64,000 bases of DNA from assembly GCA_963924565.1 (NCBI GenBank), contig OZ004614.1, positions 17,918,001-17,982,000 on the forward strand. The letters are read 5' to 3'. Below the pieces are notes generated by a model that saw only the letters and a program-made list of their open reading frames with translations, was not told the DNA's origin and searched no databases. How positions within the stretch are numbered: the stretch's first letter is position 1; the number at the start of each line of letters is the position of its first letter. The translations under genes and the position numbers were made by a program. Origin of the DNA: Ascidiella aspersa. Its lineage: Eukaryota. Shown in pieces: positions 34,524 through 46,500 of the stretch.

Positions 34524-37500
34524 CTAGAAAGTTTGATTACGAAATATATTGATGATTATTGTTGAATATTTAAAATAAAACAGGACTATCAATTCAAAAT
34601 ATCTATGTCACTGCGCATAACTGCATTTAAGTATTCTTTTGATACATAGTGTTTTTTATGTAACACACATTTTGGTCCAAAAGACATTTGCTTCAAATGT
34701 CACGTAAAGCAAACCAGAATGAGTGCCTTATTTAATAAAGTATTCAAAATAAGGTAATTTATTTTTATTCAAAGCTGAAATCTTACGTCATTGGCTATAG
34801 GAAATAGAAATCCCAGTTACAATTTATTAAATTTGCAGGTCAACATTTTAACTGCATGGTATAACGAGTTGATTTTAATTGTGGTTTGTGTAACATAAAT
34901 GTAAAGTCGACTTTGGTTAAGAATTATTTTGCTGATAAGTCTTAACTAAAGTCTTATTAAATCTAGTTGGCTTAAATCGCTTTAAAACCTGAAAGTGTAG
35001 CCTATGTTAACATTGCAGACAGAGACGCCGCAGAAAATTTTTCAGGAGGGGGGCTATATGAATATATACACATAATTTAATTTAAATATTACACTAATAA
35101 ACAATAATAATAATCACATTTCGAAATTCCAGAAAGGCAAGTGCCCCCCTTGCCCAACGGGGCGCCCATGATTGCACATGCAGCGGGGCGTCCATGATTG
35201 CACAAGCAGTGGGGCGTCCATGATTGCACAAGCAGTTTTGAAAACAACCTAATTCAAGACGTATATCAGTGAACCTACCGTGGCTGCAAATGTAGGGGTC
35301 TGGGGGCTGTAGGGAATTAAATGTGGGGTTTCAACTGTTCTGTTGTAGCTGCTGGAAAAGTCCGGACTGTGTCGCGAGGCATTCGATAGGCTCGGGGAGC
35401 CGATGCCCACCGTCGGAGAGAACATCACCTCTGCTGCACAGGATAAAGTGCCCACGGAGCTTACAGTCTTGACCTCTATGACGAGGTTGCGCGTTAGGTC
35501 AAGGTCACCGAGTATAGCCTGCAGGCGATAAAAAGTGTATATCGTTATTTCGCAAAACAATGGGTAATTTTAACACACTTTTTATTTATAATTAACACAA
35601 GTAAAATGTTTGGGACAGAAACTGCGGGATGTTAGAGCGTTACTGTGGTAACAGGAGGCAAATTAAGACTGATTTTTTAAAGAAGGCTAAGACTTTTTTC
35701 TCGAAAAATCAAATTTACCCAATACATCCTGCCACTGTAATTTTTCGACAGTTTGTTATCTCCGTGAATAATACTAAACAAATCAATGACCCAATTATAT
35801 AATTTTGTAAAGTGTATACTACAAATTGGCCTTTAGTGGGTGTTTGAACTTCTTATATGTTAAAAAGCGAACTTTATCGACTTATATAAAAGTGTTGCGC
35901 ACACGTTGAGCACCTGTCTATAGAAATAACTATATCATTGTGACGCAGGAGACGAAAGTATTTTATCATTAGGGCGATTATTTTTTGACTTGTTATAAAA
36001 ATTTAAACCTTGTTCAAAATTTGTTATCGAATAAAAATGCACACACATCGTTTACAAAATAAATACCAAACTTTATTCAGTTTTTCGAAAACATGGTCAT
36101 TCAGTTAAAAATTATCAAAAAAAATTAGTTTGAGTAATATTCAACGACAATTTAACTGTAATATATCTTCACTAGAGCAATGTTTATAAATGAATAAAAG
36201 ACCATATGGCATTTACAGTACCTTGTTTGTATAGGCACCGGAAACTTGAACACGTCTCTCTTGGTCAATCGAGATCTCGTAACCAATCACAGGGACGCCG
36301 TTGCTACGCGATATCTGCACGAAAACACATCGTTTGACTTACTGTTTGTGCCACGACAATCGGAAAAAGTTATCAAAAATAAGGAAAATTTTTGTTACGT
36401 TGACACTCCATAAACTAAAGCATAATGAAATAAAAAATAAATAAAACTAAGGTATTTGCACGGAACAAGCATCGTATCTGGATTGTTTTATTAGGTATTT
36501 GGTGTTTTGGTTGCGAGATTAAAACTTGCGATTTAGCCAGTTTGTCTTAAATACGATTTTTCGCAGTGTTATTTGAGCTTCATACATTCGAAAAACGCGA
36601 TTTAAAATAAAATGAAACGCGATTAAATAGCTCCGAGGTATAAAGTTCAAAATTTTCGGGTTTTGTTGAATACGATAGGTTGAAGTATTTCGACACTGAG
36701 GACCGAAACAAGGTTCAAAAAAATATTTATGCGATGAACAATGCCACAAGCAAAGTGTCCTACCATGTCAAGAACGGGGGGCGTCCAGCTGATAATCATG
36801 CTTTTCTGACCCATGGTCTTCTCTATCACCAAAAATGTCGGCGACTTGGGTGACGTCAGATGACGTGGAGGCGACATCAGATGACGTGACGGCGACGTCG
36901 ACGCGTTCATGGGCGATGTGTGCTGGGAGTTTTGGCGCGGCGGGCTCACAAAGTGGCCGGGGGCGGAAATATCGGATGGGGAACGTTGAGGTTTGTCACC
37001 GCGACGTGGCGGTAGAGAGGAGGAGCGTCTCGAAGCAGGGGGTTTTCCCGGTGCCGATACAGGGGTACTCGAACGAATTGCGTCACTGTAGGCCGCCAGG
37101 GGCAGCACCGGGCTTATGCTTCTGCTTGGTCTCGGCAAAGACTGTTTATCGGCACGGTGACCTGATTGCGTCGTCGGTTTCGAATATCTCTTGGAATCAC
37201 GATCGCTCGCGTCACTCGACTTTGAAGTACCCGAAGGTCGTTTTTTGGGCATTTTCTTCTGCCTGTTCTTACGGGCGTCGGCCTTGTTGGCCAGATGGGC
37301 CTTGGCGCCGGTCTCGCTGGTGGTCAGGGAAAAGGCCGACTCGGAACCGTGATAGGAGAGCGATGCAGCCGAAGCGTCCCGGATGTCTTGGAGGGAAAAA
37401 GCGCTCGATTTGCTCTCGTCCGATGTTCTGCTTACTTTTGAAGCTCTGCGATTAGATGTGTCATGTCGACATTTTTTACCAAATGTTTTGCACGTAACAG

Positions 37501-40500
37501 TTTTTATGTTTTTTTATGATAGTTTTAAGACGTTAACACCACTTTTGCTTCAACACTGTACAGCAGGCTACATATAGTTTAGTTATGTAGAATAGGATGA
37601 AATATACCGTTCCATTTTGTCAGCTACAATAAGATGAGCTTGCTCAAGTTTCTTGTAAAGGTCGACGATTTTTTCGGGACTTGATGATGGACTCTAAATT
37701 AGCAAGAGTTACTTCAGTTTACTAAAAAAGAATTCTTTGGATAAGCATATGCTTTTTTAAAACTAAAGTTGCCTGAGGTTTAAGTAAACTGACTAAGTTT
37801 ATTCATCGTATACTCACATTATTTTTTTTAAGCATTTGATCAACTTGAGTAAACTACTAGTAACAAGTGCGTAATAAACCTTTTTCTTTCTTGACTTTTC
37901 TTGAACAAAGGCTTGCATGCCTTCCACCTGTTCAGCAGCCACTAGGTACGCCAGAGGAACATATCCGATTTTTCCACGGATTTCGGCAAGTTGGTATAAC
38001 TGGAACGAAAAAGAGGATGTCTTAGGATTCTGTAGTTTTCAGCATGTATTTAAAAAGTATATATACAAAGAAGTTAGAAAATTGAAATAAGTCAAGGGAA
38101 AACTCTGAAATTTGATGCAGTTTAGACTATTGTGAACTCTTTTTGGTTTTGTTTAAATATTGATCTCGTGGAATATTAGATATTTTTTGTTTGTCCATTA
38201 TGTGGCAAACTCCAAGTTTGACTTGTATGACCATTGACCATACATTGTTGCAATATCATGGTGCACGTTTTAAAATCTATGAAGGGTTAATAAGTGTCCT
38301 GTATTTGAATGATTATATCCTTGAAGTAAAATATCATTTATTTTGTTCCGAATTATCGCAATAATTCTAACAAAGGAAAAAAGTAGTATAGTGGTCATAA
38401 TTATCATTCTAGTCGCCAAAAAGCAGCAGCCCAACTGAAAATATGCATCTTTGCAATATACTACTATTGAAAAACTGTGTAAGTTATCTATGCCTAAACT
38501 TCGACATTGCAATGGCACCCATTATTGGTTGGCATCATGGAGTTCAATTTAAATCAATACGTAAAGTTTTTTTGTAATATACTTTAAAATGAACTAAAAA
38601 TCGTGCACGCTGTGAAGTTCAAACAGTATGTTACACGTTTTCTAAACCGATGCCTGCAGAATAAGCTAACGTTTTGTTCCTTATTAGAAATGGGGGTCTG
38701 TGGTGCCTAAAAACTTCTTAAATAAGATAAAAATGTTATTCGACTAACATTCGGACGATAAAATAATTGCATATGTAAATCTAAAAAAATGTGCCGACAA
38801 GCTAAAATAATGTTTACTCATGTCAAACAAAATGCACATCCTGACATGTGTACCTTTATTTTAGACGAAATGAGCGCAAATTTGGTCGTGAACATTTTTG
38901 GACGTTTTGCAAAAAAAACATAAGGTGAACGGTGTAACTTCTTCTTATAGAAGAAAGAAGCTGTTCCGGAACTTATTTATTTATCCGACGTTTCGGCTAC
39001 GTCCAATAAATTTAAGGTAATGGAAGAGCTTTTTCTACTATACTATGGTAGCAACAGCATATTTAACTTCCATCTAATTTCTAACCAAACAAACCTTTCC
39101 GTCGCCCCGCTTGTCCGGGTTGCCAATGGCAACCACAGTGTCACCGGCCACGAGGGGTAGGTCCGGGAGCAGGGAGTGGGTAATCGGTCCCCCTGGGGAT
39201 TCCCCTGGTGTCAGCGTGGGTGCGTAGTCCCTCTTGGCGACGAATATCCGATGAGAGGGCAGCGGGAGGATGGATTGAGGGGGCTTTTCGGTGAGGGCCC
39301 GAAGCAGGGCCGAGGATGGGCGCCGGGGGGACAGGAACGCTAAGATGCAAAGGGTACACATATAAGGTTGGTTCACACTAGACGTGTTTTGCTTCTGGTG
39401 CAAAACGCTATAAACGTCGTCCAACTCACACTTAACGCGTTGCCAGCGTTAACGGCAAATTTCCTCGCTCCTAACCGAAAGCGTCAAAGTTGGAATATTT
39501 CAACTTTTCGCAACCAAAAGCGTTTGTTACACAACGTTAACGCGAGACGCGTCCAGTGTGAACCAAGCTTAACGGAAAAAAAGTCCCAAGCAAATGGTTC
39601 CACTGAGCTTAAATTTTAAATTTGTTGTCGTCTAGTGCGCAAATCGCTTATTTAGTTAAAATATAGCTGCATATCGCTGATTGCTTTCTTATCGTGTTTT
39701 TGCTCGAGTTTTTCTTGCATGTTGCTTCCTTTGTTATTTTTAACCTTTTTTAACTGTTATAGTTTTCGGTTTTATTCACCCTGAAGAAGGCGATTTAAAT
39801 AGGTTGCTAAAACGTTGGTTAACAATTACAAATCCTTTTTTGTTGATTATTACCATGTCTGGTAGCAACAGTTTATGTAAAGCTGCATGTTTGAGAGACA
39901 ACAATTAATAATAAACGCTTGATTTTTGTAGTCGAAACAATGTTTTTCAATGCCGGGTAAGTTTATACAAACATTGCTGTTAAAAATTTAGTTTACAGCG
40001 TGTAGAAAATCCAAAGGCTAGTAGCTAATATACATCCCAAATAACCTGCGTTTTCGGTGTCCTTTCCTCTCCGTTGAGATTTAGTTGACACTCGACTAGA
40101 TTCGGACCAATCGCTTTCCGCCAAGTCATCGCGGATCAGGGATCCCGCCTTTTCCAGGATGCCTTCCATCGATGACGTCAACGACACGTCATGCAACCCG
40201 TGAACGTCGATGTCGTCACCAGTGACGTCGTCGTCACCATTCTTTGTTTTTCGCAATTTTAAAACAAGCTTGGCGAGCAGCTGATCACGTTCGCGACACT
40301 TTCGCCTCAGCTTGGAAACTTTCGCCTGTTAGTTGTACAGTTATACGTCATCAATGACAAATGCTTCGTCTATTGACGACAAATTTAGACAAAATGATGG
40401 CGGCTTTTATGTAAAAGAATTAAATAAATTACATGATCTGGAACTATTAGATGTTTCAAGTTTGATAATAAAGTGAGTTATATTCCTTGAATTTTGCTAT

Positions 40501-43500
40501 CGTCGCAAGATAAATCTGGCGTTCAACAGAGAAGATCTTAAAATTAGGTTTAGAATTATGCAAAATTAGGTTTAGAATTAGAGATTGCAAAAGCTTATTT
40601 TTGAAAAAAGCATTGATAAATTAATTGACTTGTGGCCACACCGGCAAACAGCTGATAATAATTGTAAGTTGTGAACTTTTGAACACATTTTCTGTGTTTA
40701 ACGCATTACGCATTCATGCTTGCCAATAAAAACAACCTCATGCTGCCATAAGATTTCAGGTACAGTGTGCAAGGCAATTTTAAATATTCTAAATAGAGAG
40801 CAATTGCAAATATTCAAAAGACCAAAATTGACGTGCAAAATTAAAGTGCAACCTCTGCATCGCATTTGATCAAATGCTATATGGCTATACTTTTCAACAT
40901 GCATGGCTATGAAAAGGCGTGCAATTAAGCTTGATACCTTCTCCGGAGTCAGCGCCTGCTCAGCATTGTGTTTCTTTACAACGAGATCGGTAAACTACAT
41001 AAACACACGCGCCGGCTGGGTTATAACTTAAAAGAAATCACCAAAGCCAAAAAGAAATCTGCGGCAAGTTTAAGACCAAGGCAGCCGAGGATTTATGAAA
41101 AAGCCTTCTTTTAATTTTTAAATTTGTTTGCAATAAAAACTAAACTTGTCCTATTTTATATTGTTTGAATGTATAATAGAATATTATGTATTCGTTTGAG
41201 GAATATTTTATAAAAGTTGATATTATGTAAAATGCATATTTCCACACACAATAGAATAAGCCCACATTATTTTTCATATTTTGCAAAGCCATATTTTGAA
41301 TAAACACTAGTTGAGGACAACATGAATTCGCAAAGGTCAATGCAATTCTAATAGATTTTAGTGCAACATGATTTAATAAAGTATAAAGGAACTATTTTTT
41401 TCCAGGCGAAGATCTTATTATGTAGTTAGTAAAATTTTACGTGGATGTTTTAACATTTCTAGATCAATCTAACATGGCGGTTAAACGTTAAATTCTTTTT
41501 TCTTCAAGGTGTAAGTTGGTGTTGGCCAGATAAGGTAGTTTCGCTTTTAAATCATAAAGTAACCCATATGCATAAAACACACCAGGCCAAATATTAACCT
41601 AACGTACTTAAAGTGATGTTAACAATATACTCACGTTGCTCGCCACAAATTCAAAACTGTCCCGGATGCTTCGAAGTTGCTCGCTAATAGGTGAATCCAG
41701 TTTCGGTTCGATAACATTTTTTGATTGACCAGGTGATGACTTTTTCTCTGACGCCCTCGTGACGTCACTGTGAGATGACGTCAATGAGGAAGGCTGCAGC
41801 TCTCGAAGAGGTGAAGCAGGGTTCTAAATATGTTAAAACAATTTTATTTCTAATTCGATTGGTATTGTTCACTCCAAGGCTAATATGTTAAAGTGAGTAA
41901 AGGGTCAAACCACGGACCACGCCTCCTACAGTGCTCAGTGAGCTGTCATAGAAATGCACATGACCTAATGGTCCTTAACAAGCAAACAAGACGATGTTTG
42001 AAAACCAGGGCTGCGAAGTCGAAAAAAATAACCCTAATCCGACTCTGGCGAAAACAATGAAATCGACTCAGATTCCCAATCCCGAGTTCGACTCCGGCCA
42101 AATGTGTGATTTCGGAAAGTCCTGAGTCCGGCCCTTACTACACAGACTGTATTGTGCCCATTTGAGTAGCTAAATCAGGTGGATGTTCAGCAATCCACTC
42201 AAGGGGCATATATTTAATTCACCCACCCACGATACGGTATAAATATATTTCACCCACCCACGATGCATAGTTGGAATATTTGTCACAATATGCCATACCA
42301 GCTTTTCACTTCGTGGCCAATTTTCGAATTTTGTACTGCGCATGCGACCATCGGACAGAAGACTCTGGTAGTCTTACTCGAGTTCCGAGTCTGACTTAGC
42401 AGCCCTGATGAAAACCTAAAAATGTGCTCTAACTGGACACGATATGACGATGTTGACTTCTAATTTTCGATTTCATTTTAAAAAGACAAACTTTTGATGG
42501 TTCGCTGTAGTAGTTTCCAGTTGCGACAAAAGTAATCTCGAAAAGTTATGCTCTCCACTTTCCACTTTTACTTTTCTTTTAGAGTCAAACTTTTACTCAC
42601 CTTGCTCTCTTGCTCTTGCTTCAAGCTGAGCAGGTTTTCCTTTAGCTTTTCATTTTCTTCTTCGACTTCCTCTTTATCGAGTAAATGCGCCTGCAGCAAA
42701 GCGCTTCTCTGGCGCGCCTCTTCTGCTTTCCGATTGGCTGCCTGGGTTTGCGTACGCAGCGTCTCCAGATCACGTGACGTTCTCCTGACGTCGTCCTGCT
42801 TCTTTTTCAGCTCTTCGTAGCTTAAGGCAAAACGTTTTACTTACAAAATGTTAAGGGCACGTTGATTACCCATAATTTGATAGCCTTTACAAAGGGCTGG
42901 ATGTGTATCACATCTCAAACCAGCTTAATGTATGGGCCACGCCGTGCTGTTAATTTAATTTTTTTCTTGGTTTGTAATGATATATTTTTATCTTTCTATC
43001 TCAGCAATATGTCTCAGGAAATCAGAACCTGTACATTTCTAAAACACTGGTCAAAATGTATAAAACCTATTGCTTATTAAAGCATAATTGGAAAATGACA
43101 CAGATATTTTCGTTATTCCAACTGACTTGTTTTCGACTCCCTTCAGACGTTCCAGTTCTCCTTCTAGCGCCACCAAGCGACGATCGATGTTCCTTTTTTC
43201 CCTGTCGGATTGCGTAACCTCCGCGAACCACTTTCGCGCCTCTTCGCGTGCTTTCGCCACCTCCTGGATCAAGGTCGGGCGGTCGTCAGGCAAGAGTGAC
43301 ACCGGCAGTTGAGATCCGGTTTCTGCTGGTTTTATCGGCGAACTGTCGCGGGACAAATGAGTTGTCTCGTCGTCGGTAGTCGGTCTACGATTTTCCAACT
43401 TAACCGGAGCCGGGGAGCCATCTTTGCTTGTTGGCTTTGCAACGAAAGATGGTGTTTTATTTACCTCGATTGAACCGCTCGAATCCGACGAAGAAGTGGA

Positions 43501-46500
43501 AGCGTAACCAGTTGTATTTAATATCTGGTTATCCGTCGTAGGTTCCTTCATGTCTGCTTTGGAAGACAACGGCGTAACAGATGTACTGGACGACGGTTTG
43601 TGATTTTGTGCTGAGTTGTACATTTCTTTGGGGTTTGCTTTCGCCTTCCGTTGTAATGCTGCTTCTCTTTCAGGTGTTACCAGCTTTTCGTCCGGTGTTC
43701 TCATACTTGGATTGTTAGCTTGGGAATCTGACAGCGACTCGCTGGATGATGATAATGATGAGGTTTGACGTTCGGGTGTTCTGCTAGATGATCTGATAAC
43801 GTTTTCGCTTGTATCTCGAAAAGGAGAAGAAGTTTTCATTTGTCGAGCCAAGGCAGGAGCAGATGCAAATGTTGAATCTATAGTGAGATTCAAAGTTGGG
43901 TCGTTCGAAGGTAGAGAAACGATGGTAATTGGGTCTTCTTTGTTTTCATCGGAATCTTTCTTGCTGCCATCTTCTAGTTCGGAGCCAGATACAGATCCAA
44001 ACGAAATGTCGATATCCGTTGAATGGAATGAAGCCTGAGCAAGTTGAATTTGTTTCGGTGTGGAATGACCCGACTTCAAAGGGTTGTCTTGAATTTTTGA
44101 CTCGCCATTGTCATTGAAAGATGAGGTAGATTTAGACGGCGATATAGATGGTTGCTTTGAGTTTGACAACTCGATATGTTGCTCACGCCCTTTTGCTGCA
44201 CTCGTGGATGACTCAGCAGAAGACGATAACAACTTAGGACCATCTTTCCAGGATTTTTTTTCTTGAGGAAAACCTTGCTGCAATTCATCCTGATCCTTCG
44301 GTGTTTCGAAAATCGTTTTAGAAGCCTTCTTGCTTTTCCGCTTAGAATGTCTACTTGAACTTGAGCGACCCGATCCCGAGCTTGAAGAGCTTACGTCGCT
44401 TTTAGCTTTATCTGTCACAACAACTTGCTCTTTATCTTCCTGTGCATCTGACAAAGAGCAGTTGCTCCTGGTTTCCGCCCTTCTTGGAACCGGGCTCCTC
44501 AACACGGGGGCATGTCGGGGGGTGTCCAAAACCTCCCCCATGTCATCAACCGCTTGTTTTGCCTCTTTGATTCCGTCTCTTAGCGGACTGCGCGCCTTCT
44601 CGTCCGCGTCACCATCAATCGATGACGTATATCTGACGTATGAAGGCGACGCGATTGAATCACCGCTGCCGTTGTGCAAGTCTTCCTTTTTTTGTGGCCG
44701 CATCCTGGGCGTTGAAGATCGGGACGGCGGGCGTGACCTCATTGTGAATGACGTACCGGTGGGAGAACGCAGCGGGGTCATCGGTGACGTAGGCACGTCG
44801 TTGACATCACTTAGTGCAAATTTCAGGTTGTCGATACGTTCTCGCAGGGCTAGGTTTTCTCTCTGTTAAAAAAAAACTGTTGTATTTCTAAAAGTAACCG
44901 ATAAAACTAACTTTGACATAAAATACTTTTTGCACTTATTTCTGTTAAATTCTACCAACAATTTTAGGTGTATGAATGAACTTCAACATATTTAAAGCGA
45001 TAGATATTTTCTTGTTACAACAAAAATTGTTTTGCGATGAAAAATACTTTTGAGAAACCATAAACGTCGCTACATGAAAATATCGAAATCATCACAACTG
45101 AATTTTCACCTGTAAGGTCTCTATGTCCCATAGTAGCCGTTCGATCTCCTTGTTTTTCTTCTGAATTTCCCTCCGCAGATTTTCGATCTCCGTTTCGCTG
45201 TCCTCTAATTGTTGGCTCTTGCTTTTAAGGTTTGACTGCTTCAACTGAATTTAAAAAACCTATAGGTTTTAGTTAGCTGAGAAAGCTGTACCTTGCTACT
45301 TTGCAAAACTATAGAAGGAACATAAAAAAAATGGTAAGTTTAATTAAACAACGTAATATATCTTCAACGTAAAGGTCGAAAGTAGTAAAGTTATAATTTT
45401 TGTGCAAATTAGCATCAAAAGCGCCTTATAAATTACACATTCAGCCACACAAATCTATAGGTACAAAAACAAAAAAACTGTACAAAATATGTAGTGAAAT
45501 TATTCGTTTATTAAAAAATCTTCCGCAAACTTGACTTACCTCGATCATCTCCTGAGAGTCCTCCACCTGTTTCTCCAGATCTTTAACCTCCTCCAGAAGC
45601 TGAAACTCACGCTCTTTGTTCCTCTTCTCCATCCGTTCGGCTTCTTCGCGATGCGCCCGCTTCACGCAGTCCAACTGATGCTGGAGCTCATCTACCATGA
45701 CGTCACGATCTATGACGTGTCCGTTGGTTAGCTACAAATTCAAACTATATTACCAGCAACACGTCTACCTTTTATGTCTTCATCTTGTTCTTTTATCTTG
45801 CTTTTAAGGTCCTCCGCTTCCTCTTCTAGTTCAAGCAGCCGAGCGTATTTTTTTCTTCCTCTTCCAGATTCTGATCCGCTCTCATCCGAGCTGCTTTCAT
45901 CTTCGTCTTCTTCCTCCTGATAAACTTGCAACTTTTCCCGGAGTTCTTGCGTCTTTGAATTGTCAAAATAATTAAAATCGAAGCAAAAATGCTAATTGTG
46001 TTTTATCGTGTTGTACAGTAAATGCAGTTTTCTCGATCTATTGTAAATTAACACAAGTCTATATAACTAATTGGTGATATGTCACAACATTTGGCGTATA
46101 CTTTGGTCTAGAATAAAAAGATGTATAACTACGAATAAATTTTAAAAATATCAGAAAAGCACTATTATATCTGTGTTTTAACTGTAAAATTTATGCCACA
46201 CTTGTACTAACTATAGTACAAAAAACAGTCCATGTTTTTGAGGAATCTAACAAGGTTGAAATAGAACTGTGACCAAGAAATGTGTCTAAACAGTGTTTGT
46301 TACGCAGAAAGGGTGACAAAAAGCCTCTACCAAACGAACATGCAATACAGCGAAACAAAGGGACCAACTTCGCGATTAAGTGCATCCGTTTGTTGCCTCA
46401 GCTTTTCCATTTCTTCGTATTCGATCTTTTTTTTGATCGCCTGAAGTTGCGATTGGAGGGTGCCGCAACGCTTGTTGCTCAACTCCAGGTCCTGGCATGG

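Noticed and set aside
36835-37455. 206-aa plus-strand ORF (also 44330-44869 + and 28061-28561 -)
   Set aside because: Antisense shadows of GC-rich coding exons, with no independent splice or domain support.
45710-45768. Apparent 37-nt intron or frameshift using the acceptor at 45732-45733
   Set aside because: The acceptor at 45710-45711 gives a 59-nt intron with a CTAAC branch motif and the correct phase (IK/DRDVMVDEL).
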